This document shows, one piece after another, positions 32,059 through 41,640 of a stretch of DNA of 64,000 bases. The notes beneath the pieces are model-generated. The model saw only the letters and a program-made list of their open reading frames with translations. It was not told the DNA's origin and made no database searches. Position 1 is the stretch's first letter, and each line of letters opens with the position of its first letter. The DNA is from an uncultured Gemmatimonadales bacterium (GTDB taxonomy: Bacteria; Gemmatimonadota; Gemmatimonadetes; Gemmatimonadales; Gemmatimonadaceae). The stretch is from NCBI GenBank assembly GCA_963707505.1, contig CAVPQB010000004.1:288001-352000 (forward strand). Direction: 5' to 3'. Made by a program: the position numbers and the translations under genes.

Positions 32059-34722
32059 GTGACCACTCCACGCGCGGTTCAGGACCGCTACCTTCCGCCG
32101 GACCGCGACGCGTTCGTGGCTGCTGAGCCACCCAATGGGCGGGTGATCGTCATCGCACCTACCCGCGCCGCGTGCGAGACGATCGAGCTTGCGCTGGGAC
32201 TGCATCTGGAGACCGTGCTCGCCCGCGAGCACGGCGCGGAGATCCAGCAGCTGGCCGAGAGCGGCGCTGGGTTCGGAATCGTCGCGGGAACCGGGACTGG
32301 CAAGACGCTCTCGATCCGGCCAATCGCCGAAACGATTCTCAAGACGAAAGACCTTCGCGTCGGCGTCGTGAACCGCGAGCGCGAGGCGACTCCCGAAACA
32401 CCGACGTGGAACGTCATAATCGTCACGACCGGCATCGCGCGTCGCTGGTTCCAGGACGACGACATTCGCGCGACCGACACGCTCATCGTCGACGAGATTC
32501 ACCAGACTTCCGCCGAGCTCGAGCTGTGCCTCGCGCTCGGCAAGCGCGTCGGATGTCGCTACATCTGGCTGTCCGCGACGGTCGACCCATCGTTTTATTC
32601 CGAATATCTGGGTTCCGCTTCGGTGATCGAGAGCAGTGCCTTCGATCCGGCCAAGGCGGCGACGGTCAAGGTAATCAACAAGGACCCGCTGGCGTTTCTG
32701 GACGAGAAATTTCTGCGCGCGGTGTTCAAGGACAGGCGGGGCGTTGGTGTGTTTCTGCCCACGCGCGCAGGCGTCGAGCAGGCTGCCGAAACGGTGCACG
32801 CAGCCTTTCCGCGCATAAATACAGCGTTCTATCACGGCGGCGAGCCGATCCGGGTAATCAGACCGTTCCTCGAGGGTACGGAGAAGAAACCGTACGTGCT
32901 AGCGATGACGGCTGCTGGCCAGAGTGCACTCAACGTGCGCGGGCTCGATACGGTTGTCATCGACGACACGCGCTTCACAAACATCATCGAGCGTGGCAAG
33001 AACGTGCTGAGCAAATTGCATCTCGGAAGCAACGAGATATTGCAGATGGCCGGCCGTGTACACGGACGTGTCGATGGCGGACGCGTGTTCATCCTGAGTG
33101 ATCGCGCGATCGATTTCAAATCGCTGCAACCAACTGCACCTGAGTTTCAGCTCGCCGGTGATTCAGAGCGAGTCGCACTCACCTGCGCTGCACTCGGAGT
33201 GCGCGCCGACGCGCTCGATCTCCCGGTGCCACTCGATCGCGTGTCATATCGCAAGGCGCTGGCACTGCTGGATGATCGCGGCATCGTCGAGAATGGCAAG
33301 CTCACGAGATACGGAAGAGCGGTCGAGGCGCTGCCGGTAGATCGGCCGTGGGCGGAGCTGCTCGTGAATGCCGACGACGATCTCATTCCATATGTCGCCG
33401 TCGTGAGCGGCATCGAGTCGTTGCACCGCATGACTCGCGAGGAGCGCGATCTCGAGGGGCTCATTGTTCCGGGAAGCGACCATCTCACCGCCTACAACGT
33501 GTATGCCGAAGCGTTGTCCAAGTGTGGCTTCACCGGCGAGGTGTATGGCCTCCCGCGGCATCAGTTCGACGATTCGGTGCTGGAATGGGCCGAGCGACGC
33601 GGTGTGCTCGTCAAGTCGATCGAGGATGCCGCACTCGGCATGGCGAGTGTGTATCGCAGCCTGGGAATGCCGCTTCCGGAGAAGCTGCCTTTCGCGCGCG
33701 ATCATACGTACAAGCAATTCGCAGAACTGCTCGCGCGCACCATGCCGTTCGATCTCGTGATCGATGAGCAGACTCGCGAAGGCGGGAATGCGCGTGTCTC
33801 GAAGACGAGTGTGTGCGGCAGTTGGGGAGCGATTGCCGGATCGTTGCGTTATTTCGCCGGTAAGAACGGCGAGCCGCGTGCTGGAATCGAAGGGACGCAG
33901 ATCCCCGACAGTCTGATTCGCAAGTACGCGACGCGCAGCAAGCCGCAGCTGATGTACGACGCTCACCGCAAGCACGATCAGCTGGTGTTGTTCAGCCGTG
34001 TGGAATATTTCGGGTTCGAGCTCGACCGAGAGATCGAACCCGTGCGCGAGTTTCCCCCAGATCTCGCTGCCGAAGCCCGTCACATTCTCGCGCAGGCGGC
34101 CGCGCGCGAGGAGGCTCGTCAGGTCTCCATCAAGCGCAACCACGCGGCAATCAGCGCCGTCCGCGAGGCGTATCGGCGATCGGGCGGCGCAACGCCGCGA
34201 CTCGGGTTCGACGAGCTGACGGCGCTGTACGAGAGTCAGCTCGCGAACGTGAATTCCGTCGAGGAGTTTCGCAACGCGCGGCTGACGGTCGATCCTGACG
34301 ACTTCGTGTCGCCGGAAGAACGCGCGCGATTGTCGCTGTTGCCCGATATGGTTCTGGTGCGCGATCGCGAAGCATGGATCGATTACGACGTGGAAGAGCG
34401 ACCGGACGGATCGCACTTCGGCATCGCGCGGCTCAGGTTGCCGGAAAAGATCGCGCGTACGCTCACCGACACGGAGCTACCTGCGCTCGACCGGCCGGTG
34501 AGGTTCGCCGTGGTACGCGGGCAGCGCGGTGCCGTGAAGGCGGATACATTGGACGAGCTTCAGGAGCTTCTCGACCGACCGTGGTCGCAGGACGAGATCG
34601 CACAAGAGAGAAAACGTGACGACAGAAAGCCGCAACATGATCGCCGCCCATTTCGCGGAAAACATCCGCACGGTGGAGGCAAGCGCAACGACCCTCGCGG
34701 ACACGGCCGGCGCGGCAGGTGA
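32059..34722 (+). CDS. SF2 DExH-box helicase (HrpB-like, atypical)
   Basis: AGTGTGKT, TTG, DEIH, SAT, FLPT, QMAGRVHGR, LTRYGR winged-helix segment, basic C-terminal tail. Confidence 0.85.
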   Translation: MTTPRAVQDRYLPPDRDAFVAAEPPNGRVIVIAPTRAACETIELALGLHLETVLAREHGAEIQQLAESGAGFGIVAGTGTGKTLSIRPIAETILKTKDLRVGVVNREREATPETPTWNVIIVTTGIARRWFQDDDIRATDTLIVDEIHQTSAELELCLALGKRVGCRYIWLSATVDPSFYSEYLGSASVIESSAFDPAKAATVKVINKDPLAFLDEKFLRAVFKDRRGVGVFLPTRAGVEQAAETVHAAFPRINTAFYHGGEPIRVIRPFLEGTEKKPYVLAMTAAGQSALNVRGLDTVVIDDTRFTNIIERGKNVLSKLHLGSNEILQMAGRVHGRVDGGRVFILSDRAIDFKSLQPTAPEFQLAGDSERVALTCAALGVRADALDLPVPLDRVSYRKALALLDDRGIVENGKLTRYGRAVEALPVDRPWAELLVNADDDLIPYVAVVSGIESLHRMTREERDLEGLIVPGSDHLTAYNVYAEALSKCGFTGEVYGLPRHQFDDSVLEWAERRGVLVKSIEDAALGMASVYRSLGMPLPEKLPFARDHTYKQFAELLARTMPFDLVIDEQTREGGNARVSKTSVCGSWGAIAGSLRYFAGKNGEPRAGIEGTQIPDSLIRKYATRSKPQLMYDAHRKHDQLVLFSRVEYFGFELDREIEPVREFPPDLAAEARHILAQAAAREEARQVSIKRNHAAISAVREAYRRSGGATPRLGFDELTALYESQLANVNSVEEFRNARLTVDPDDFVSPEERARLSLLPDMVLVRDREAWIDYDVEERPDGSHFGIARLRLPEKIARTLTDTELPALDRPVRFAVVRGQRGAVKADTLDELQELLDRPWSQDEIAQERKRDDRKPQHDRRPFRGKHPHGGGKRNDPRGHGRRGR

Positions 34723-35200
34723 CGCGCTCGTAGCTGCAGTTCTGGGCGGAAAGAAGATCCTCTGCTTCGGAAACGGCGGCTCCGCAACTCAGGCGAGCCA
34801 CATGGCCGGCGAGCTGATCGGCCGATTCAAGGAAACGCGCCGCCCGTACGCCGCCATAGCACTCGGCGGCGACGCAGGCTCGGTGACGTGCATAGCCAAC
34901 GACTTCGGCTATGGCGCGCTGTACGAGCGGCAGATCGAGGGACTTGCGAGCGATGGCGACGTGGCGCTGGGTATCACGACCAGTGGATCATCCGAGAACG
35001 TCGTGCGCGGCATCGCGATGGCGGCGAAGAAAGGCGCCGTAACCATCGCGCTAACAGGTGAGCGAGGACTTGTGGGTTGCAGCGCGGACCACGTTCTGGC
35101 AGTACCGAGCAGTGTTACGGCGCACATCCAGGAAGTTCATCTGATGCTGCTGCACGCGTGGTGTGTCGAGATCGACGCGGCTGTGTTGGGACGGCGTTAG
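34637..35200 (+). CDS. gmhA: Phosphoheptose isomerase (SIS domain)
   Basis: FGNGGSA, IANDFGY, TTSGSSENV, IQEVH. Confidence 0.88.
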   Translation: MIAAHFAENIRTVEASATTLADTAGAAGDALVAAVLGGKKILCFGNGGSATQASHMAGELIGRFKETRRPYAAIALGGDAGSVTCIANDFGYGALYERQIEGLASDGDVALGITTSGSSENVVRGIAMAAKKGAVTIALTGERGLVGCSADHVLAVPSSVTAHIQEVHLMLLHAWCVEIDAAVLGRR

Positions 35201-35225
35201 AGTCGGCTTGGGGAAAGCCGTGTAC

Positions 35226-35445
35226 GTCGGAAGTCGTCATCCCGCCGAAGGCCCGTCACCCCCGCGAAAGCGGGGGTCCATGGCCGAGGGTGTCGGCATA
35301 GCAACCAAGTTTGCAGGTGTCGCCTTTGGCCGATGAAAGACCGATCTCCTGCTTTTTTTTTCCGGAGATCGATGACACCTGCAAACATGGGCGACATCAT
35401 CTGATCCTCAGCCATGGGCCCCCGCTTTCGCGGGAGTGACGGCCC
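35226..35445. repeat. Composite REP / REPIN-like long palindrome
   Basis: Inverted copies of CGTCAC(C/T)CCCGCGAAAGCGGGGG(T/C)CCATGGC at 35254 and 35411-35441, inner 13-bp IR GTTTGCAGGTGTC/GACACCTGCAAAC and 8-bp IR CGATCTCC/GGAGATCG. Confidence 0.75.
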
Positions 35446-35497
35446 AGGAAGATTCGAACAACTGTTCTGATTCGCCCCAACTACTAAATTTCAACCC

Positions 35498-36730
35498 ATG
35501 ACCGCCCCTTCCACCCCTCCCACATACTTCCGCAAAGGCTTCGGTCTCAAGGCCGACGTGGAGGAGGAGCTGGCGACCGCCTACGACGGGCGTCTGGTCG
35601 ACCTGCTCAAGGAGCGCGACTATTCCATCAGCTCGGGCGGCGTGACCGTCCGCCTGGCCCGTGAGTTTGGCTTCTGCTACGGTGTGGAGCGCGCCGTCGA
35701 GTACGCCTACCAGACGCGCAAGAAGTTTCCGGACAAGAAGATCTATCTCGCAGGCGAGATCATACACAATCCGCACATCAACCGCCGGCTGAGCGAGGCC
35801 GGCGTGATCTTCCTCAAGCACAACGCCAACACCAACGAGGCGTCGTTCGATTTCAGCATCGTAAATCCGGATGACGTGGTCCTGCTTCCGGCATTTGGTG
35901 TGACCGTGGCCGATTTCGCCACGCTGCGCGAGCGCGGCTGCGTGATGGTGGACACGACGTGCGGCTCGGTCCTGAACGTGTGGAAGCGCGTGGAGAGCTA
36001 CGCGCGTGACGGTTTCACCGCGCTCATCCACGGCAAGTACTACCACGAGGAGACGCGCGCCACGGCGTCGCAGGTGATGAAATATCCTGGCGGCCAGTAT
36101 CTCATCGTCCGGGATATGGACGAGGTACGCATCGTTTGTGATTTCCTGGAAGGAAAGCGCAGTGCCGACGATATCCGCGCCAAATTTTCCCCGCACGCAG
36201 CCTCTCCCGAATTCGATCCGGATCGCGATCTCAAGCGCATCGGCGTGGCGAATCAGACCACCATGCTCGCGAGCGAGAGCCTTGCGATCGCCGCCGCGAC
36301 GCAGGCGGCCATGGCGCGCGGGCACGGCGACGAATACGCGGCCGCGAATTTCCGCACTTTCGACACGATCTGCTCGGCGACGCAGGACCGACAGGACGCC
36401 GTTCAGGAGATGTTGCTCGACCCGCCGGACATCATGGTCGTCGTGGGCGGCTACAACTCGAGCAACACGATCTCGCTCGCCGCCATGTGCGCGGACAAGG
36501 TGCCGACGTACCACATCGAGGACGCGACGTGCATCGACGTGGACGCCGGCGTCATTCACCATCGTCTGCGCCAGGGCCGCGACGACGTCGCCACGCCGGA
36601 CTGGCTGCCGGCGACAGGGGATGTGGTGGTGGGGATCACTGCCGGTGCGAGTACGCCGAACAACAAGATCGCCGAAACGGTTGCGAGAGTATTCGCCACG
36701 CGCGGCGTGGATACGGCGACGATCAGGTAG
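35498..36730 (+). CDS. ispH: 4-hydroxy-3-methylbut-2-enyl diphosphate reductase
   Basis: FGFCYGVERAV, IIHNP, DTTC, HEET, NQTT, DTICSATQDRQ, NSSNT, TAGASTP. Confidence 0.96.
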   Translation: MTAPSTPPTYFRKGFGLKADVEEELATAYDGRLVDLLKERDYSISSGGVTVRLAREFGFCYGVERAVEYAYQTRKKFPDKKIYLAGEIIHNPHINRRLSEAGVIFLKHNANTNEASFDFSIVNPDDVVLLPAFGVTVADFATLRERGCVMVDTTCGSVLNVWKRVESYARDGFTALIHGKYYHEETRATASQVMKYPGGQYLIVRDMDEVRIVCDFLEGKRSADDIRAKFSPHAASPEFDPDRDLKRIGVANQTTMLASESLAIAAATQAAMARGHGDEYAAANFRTFDTICSATQDRQDAVQEMLLDPPDIMVVVGGYNSSNTISLAAMCADKVPTYHIEDATCIDVDAGVIHHRLRQGRDDVATPDWLPATGDVVVGITAGASTPNNKIAETVARVFATRGVDTATIR

Positions 36731-36738
36731 GACCGCAT

Positions 36739-36775
36739 CGTCATCCCAGCCTTCGGCGGGATGACGACTTTCGAC
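36739..36775. repeat. REP-like hairpin downstream of ispH
   Basis: CGTCATCCC-AGCCTTCGGC-GGGATGACG. Confidence 0.7.
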
Positions 36776-36849
36776 GACGGCCGCTCGCCTTCGCCGCTCA
36801 CCCCTTCTTCGACACACAATTCGTGTCGAATCCGCACACCGCTCGCGCC

Positions 36850-36868
36850 CTGTCACAAATAGTGACAG
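36850..36868. promoter_or_regulatory. Palindromic putative transcription-factor operator
   Basis: Perfect dyad CTGTCAC-AAATA-GTGACAG in an intergenic region. Confidence 0.45.
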
Positions 36869-37044
36869 CTGCCCGCCCCAACATGTGACGGAATCGTACC
36901 GGCAGGGTCACTGTTTTGAGGCGCATCTACACAAGCGCGACGCCGGTGCTAAAGTTCCTGGTCAGTGGCGCGAAACTTGTTATTATGCGCCGGTGTACCG
37001 ACGGTGTGCATGACTGTGCACACCCGATTCTCCCAGGGGGGAAG

Positions 37045-37251
37045 ATGGATTTCGGAGCGTTGCCCGTGTTCGACGGGCGCAGCGCACCGGTCCCGGATCC
37101 CACGCTGAATCTGGCGTGGTTCGAACGCAGCAGTGTCGAGGAAGTATCGGCACCGGAAAAGGCGCCCGCCGATGGAAATGGCGCGCTGCTTGACCGCGTT
37201 CGTGAAGCCGAGGGGCTGGTGTACAACGGAGAAGGCGATTACGAAAACTGA
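37045..37251 (+). CDS. Small acidic hypothetical protein (68 aa)
   Basis: G-rich RBS (AGGGGGG-AAG-ATG), its own downstream terminator, located in a long intergenic gap. Confidence 0.55.
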   Translation: MDFGALPVFDGRSAPVPDPTLNLAWFERSSVEEVSAPEKAPADGNGALLDRVREAEGLVYNGEGDYEN

Positions 37252-37288
37252 ATCGTCCGAGTGGTGATGGTGATGATGCAGGACCGGC

Positions 37289-37321
37289 GGGGCCGCGTGA
37301 CGAGCGCGGCCCCGTTTTTTT
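37289..37321 (+). terminator. Rho-independent terminator
   Basis: GGGGCCGCG-TGACGAG-CGCGGCCCC, then G and T6. Confidence 0.8.
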
Positions 37322-37329
37322 CGATTGCC

Positions 37330-40300
37330 TCAGTGACTTATCTGCATGTTCTGCGGTCCGCCGGATTTCTCGGGCTGGCGCGGCTTGTCGGAGAACGTCA
37401 CCGCGTTGCCAAAATTCCACTGGCTGTGCTCGCGGTCCTTGGGCGTGACGGCCAGCATGTTCTTGAACATCGGCATCAGCTCACGTTGCGCCGGCGTCAC
37501 TACCGAGTCGGCGATCTCCGGCTGGCGCCAGAAGATCTTCCAGTACGTTTTGCTCGTATTCTTGACACTGTCGAGCTCCGCCTTGCCTGGATCACGGCCT
37601 TCATGCTGCGCGAGGAAGTTTCCCAACTGGATGTAAATCGCGCGCACCTCCGCCGAGTACACCGAATCGTCGTGCTGGAGCGTCGCAATCTGCGGTTTGG
37701 TGAGGAATAGTGAATCGCTGTTCACCAACAGCAGTTTGTGGATACTCGATGTGCGCGAGAGATAGAACGCCGCCAGCGAATCCGCTGTCCGTCTCGCGTA
37801 GCCGTGCGGTCCCTTCACGGGCTCGATCGCTCGGCGCAGCTCCTGAAGATTGAAGTCTACGGAGAAGTCAAATGAGAAATCGAGGGTGATCCTGAATGGA
37901 TTCCGCGTCAACGTGTTGATGGGACGTGTATCCGCGAATCTCGGATTCACGGCGTACTTGAAGCTCTTCGACACAGGGTCGAAGCCATGCGGAACGAGCA
38001 GAACTGGATCGACAACCGGCTGACCACCCCACCCTCGCAATCCGCTGCTGCCGTGAAGCAGCTGGTCGACTCCGCCAAGGACGTTCTCGAAATAGACATT
38101 CGGTGTGACGCGACCGAGCCAGCGACGCGGGAACGGCGGACTCCACTGAAGATTGAGCATGGCGGTCCACGGTCCACGGCAGCCGTTACGCGGTGCGACC
38201 TGGCCGAGATTGTCGAGAATGCACTTTCGTGCGCTGGACGAGCCGTTGGCCATGAGAGCTCGCAACTGGCCCGACAGTGCCGTATCGACGCCGAGTGCCG
38301 GATTCGGTATGAACGCACGGTCGCCGCTCGATCCATCTCCATTGATGTCGCCCTGCACGATGGGTGTGAAGGGAAGCCCGGACTGCACGCGTGTAAAGAG
38401 CGTGATGGCGCCCGCTTTCGGCGCGTAGAATCCCAGCGTGTACACGAAGATGTTGCGCGCGTCGTTGTTCGACGGCGCCCATTCTGTCAGACGCGGATCG
38501 CCGAACGCAGCACCGTCGAAACCACGAAATTGCCGACGCGACTCCTGCAGCGTGTACGACAGCGACGTGAAAAACGAGAAGCCCGAGCGGAATCGGAGCT
38601 TGAACACGTCGGGAGAAATGGTCGTGGTGAGCTGGCCACCGTAGCCGCGCAGATCGCTCGTGCGCATTCCGACTCGTCCGAACAGGTCCGACTTGCGTGA
38701 CCCCGCAGGCGACACCGTGCCACTCGGCGCGTCGATCGCGGCAGTGGACACGAACACCGGCCGATTGCCCTCGGCGGGCAGGGTGAACTGCGGAGCACCG
38801 GCGAAGTTGACGTCGATGGTGCCGGGCTGTGAGAGGTCATACGAGCCAAGCGCGCCAACCTTGAGCAGCCAGCTACCGATGTTGGACGACCAGTCCAGCG
38901 ATGCGCGCCAGCTATGCGGCACGTCATATGATGGGCTGATCAACGAGACGGCGGGAGCATAATCTGCGAGTAATCCGGAGCCATCCAGGCAGCGTGTCGG
39001 AATCGTGCTTGGATCACTCTCGAACATCGACCAATCCGGCGATGGTACTGCGTTGCCAACGCATGAGAGCTGCGACGTGCCGTTCGGCAGTCCGGTTGCA
39101 GCGGACGCGCTCGCGAGAATGTCGGGACGCAGCAGGTCTCTGAAGTCACCAATGCCACCGCGAATCACTCCCGTGGTATTGCGATAGAATGAGCCGATCT
39201 CAGATCTGTTCTGTCCATTGCCATTGGCCTTGTCGCGACTGTACGTATAGGAGAATCCCGCTCGCGGACTGAAATGAATGCGTGACGGCGCGACGTTCGT
39301 ACGCACGCCGAGCGCGTCATCCAGCGCGACGTCCTGCGCCGGCGCTGAGCCGAACCCGTCAGCCTCGACTCGTGCTCCGTACAACACGCTGAACATGCGC
39401 GACGGAGCCCACTGATGAGCGAAGGCTGCCGCCGCGTTCCAGACAGTTCCCGAGCTCGCTGGATGTGACAGTGTGCGCGAGAAACTCGCCGCGTTACCAG
39501 CTGTGAGATCTGCGAGCGAGTTGAACGTGTAGCTGCCGAGTTGATTCGGGAACGAGCTCTGGCGCAGTCCGTCGACGCGCGCCCAGAGCAGCTCCTTGAA
39601 GTGATTTCGCTTGCCGCTGGTGTTCCATGTGGTCTGATTCGAACCCTCGATGGTCCAGCGTGCGTCGTTCATTAGCGATTGCCCGCCGCCGAGTATGAGG
39701 TTTCCTACACCAACGCCGTTGGACGCATCGATTGTCGGCGACAGAACGAGGACATTCGCGCCTGGTATGTCTTCGTACGGGTTGAGGTGATTCCTGACCG
39801 TGTTCGCTCCCAGACGCGTCTCGGTCAGCACCATTCTATTCTTGCCCACGTAGTTACCGATCGTGAGCTGCGCACCGAGCGCTTCCTGTGTATGCTCTGC
39901 GGCAGCAGACGGTGCGCTGAGCGGCGCGAAGCCGATGCCGCCATCGCGTGTGTAGGTCGCGTAGGTGGTGAGCGCGCGGGTTGCGAGCGTGTCGCGAGTG
40001 TCGTCGAGACGGCCGAGCCAACTGAACGCGTTGTGCTGCTGCGACGTGGGGATACCGTGGCCTAGGAGCGCGAGGCCAAGCGGCGTCGCGATTCCGAACA
40101 GACGTGATACGGAGTCGGGCGAGACCCCGGCGCGAACGAGCAGATCGCCGCCGGCGTCGAGAAGGGTCGCAGGCTGGCTCACGCTGTGCGCGATATCTAC
40201 GGCGACGTTGTAGGTGAGTGCGTTGCGGATGAGCTCGCCGTCGGCACCGAGGCTGCCACGAACGGTGCCGTTCCGTGCGCCGGCAGCGCGGCCGACTGCG

Positions 40301-41134
40301 TCAGTGAACTGGAACGCCGATGGACTGAGCGTCAGGAAGCCGCGGCGCTCCTGATAGAATCGGCTGCCAGGGCTGAGCTGTACGTCGATGTTCGCACCTG
40401 AAAATCCGCCGCGAGTTGGATCGAAAGTCGCGCCGGTTACCCGGACACTGGTATTCGCGGCGCGTGGAATCGAGCCAGCTGACATACCCATGCCGTTCAG
40501 CGTCGTGAGATTAGATTCCGCTCCTGAACCGAGTATGGATGGTCCCGCGCCGGTCATCGTGACGTTCGACATGGTGCCGGCGGTTGCGTTGAGATCGCCT
40601 GCGGTTGTCGGTGGTATCTGGCCCTCGACTCCCTGCACCCATTTTTCCGAAGCGCCGGGCTCGAGGGTGAAGGGATTGACGTCGTTCGTCGCTCGGACCG
40701 GCTTGGATGCGGTCACGTTGACCGCTGCGAGCTTGGCCAGATCCGGCTTCAGAACGAAATTGGCGACCAGCTCGTGCTCGCTCCCCTCTCGCTGTACTCT
40801 GCGGCGCGCCGACGCAAAGCCGGGGGCGGTGATGTAGACGAGATAATCGCCAGTGCCTGGATCGAAACGGATACTGAAGGCGCCGGCGCTGTCGCTGGTC
40901 GATTTCTGCACGAGCCGATCGGGGCCCACGGGTTACCATGACGCTGGCGCCGGCGATGGCGCGCGCCGAGTCGTCGGTGACGCGCCCACGGACGACGTCG
41001 GCGCCGGTCTGGGCACGGGAGAGTTGAGGGGAGAGCAACAGCGAGAGCACAAGGCAGGCGAAGGTGCCTGCGATTCGTACGCTGTGGAGATGCTGCTCCG
41101 GTCGTGAAGAAGTACGTGACATCAGCTGTTTCAT
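37330..41134 (-). CDS. Oar-like TonB-dependent receptor with N-terminal carboxypeptidase-regulatory-like domain; frameshift at a C-run ~40924
   Basis: Signal peptide plus VRGRVTDDSARAIAGASV in one frame; GAFSI...APGF, plug (NLTTLNG, RGGFSGA) and barrel strands (FSPRAGFSY, QSGLPFTP) in the next. Confidence 0.8.
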
Positions 41135-41239
41135 GCCAGATGAGGGTCAGGAAATGGTCCGACTCGAGTTCTCCCTATTTGATGTTCGGAACGCGTAAAT
41201 CGTCTGATTCGAATTGTCCCTTTCTGATAGATTTCCCCA

Positions 41240-41632
41240 ATGAACACTTCTGCGCAGACCGGGGCGATCGAGCGTGTCGGGCAGATCGCGATCAACGTTC
41301 ACGACGTCGACAGGGCGACCAGCTTCTATCGTGACGTGTTGGGGTTGAAGTTCCTGTTTGCCGCACCACCCGGTCTCGCATTCTTCGACTGCGGTGGCAT
41401 ACGGCTCATGCTCACGATGCCGGAGTCGCCAGAGCACGACCATCGCAGCTCTCTGATCTATTACGTAGTGCCGAACATTGCTGATGCTTACAGCGCGGTA
41501 TCCGCGCGCGGCGGCAGCTTTGAGGACAAGCCACATGTTGTGGCGCGCCTGGACAAAGTCGAGATCTGGATGGTCCATCTGAAAGATCCCGACGGAAACC
41601 TGCTTGCGTTGATGTGTGAAGTGAGCGTGTGA
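41240..41632 (+). CDS. VOC/glyoxalase family protein
   Basis: GQIAINVHDVDRATSFYRDVLGL, FFDCGGIRLML, KDPDGNLLALM. Confidence 0.92.
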   Translation: MNTSAQTGAIERVGQIAINVHDVDRATSFYRDVLGLKFLFAAPPGLAFFDCGGIRLMLTMPESPEHDHRSSLIYYVVPNIADAYSAVSARGGSFEDKPHVVARLDKVEIWMVHLKDPDGNLLALMCEVSV

Positions 41633-41640
41633 CGCTTCCG

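Noticed and set aside
35197..35415. 72-aa minus-strand ORF
   Set aside because: It lies inside the palindromic repeat element and has no protein-like features.
35408..36856. Long antisense ORFs such as 35408..36856, 33244..34416, 20082..21086 and 44339..45343
   Set aside because: Typical stop-poor shadow frames opposite well-supported genes in GC-rich DNA.
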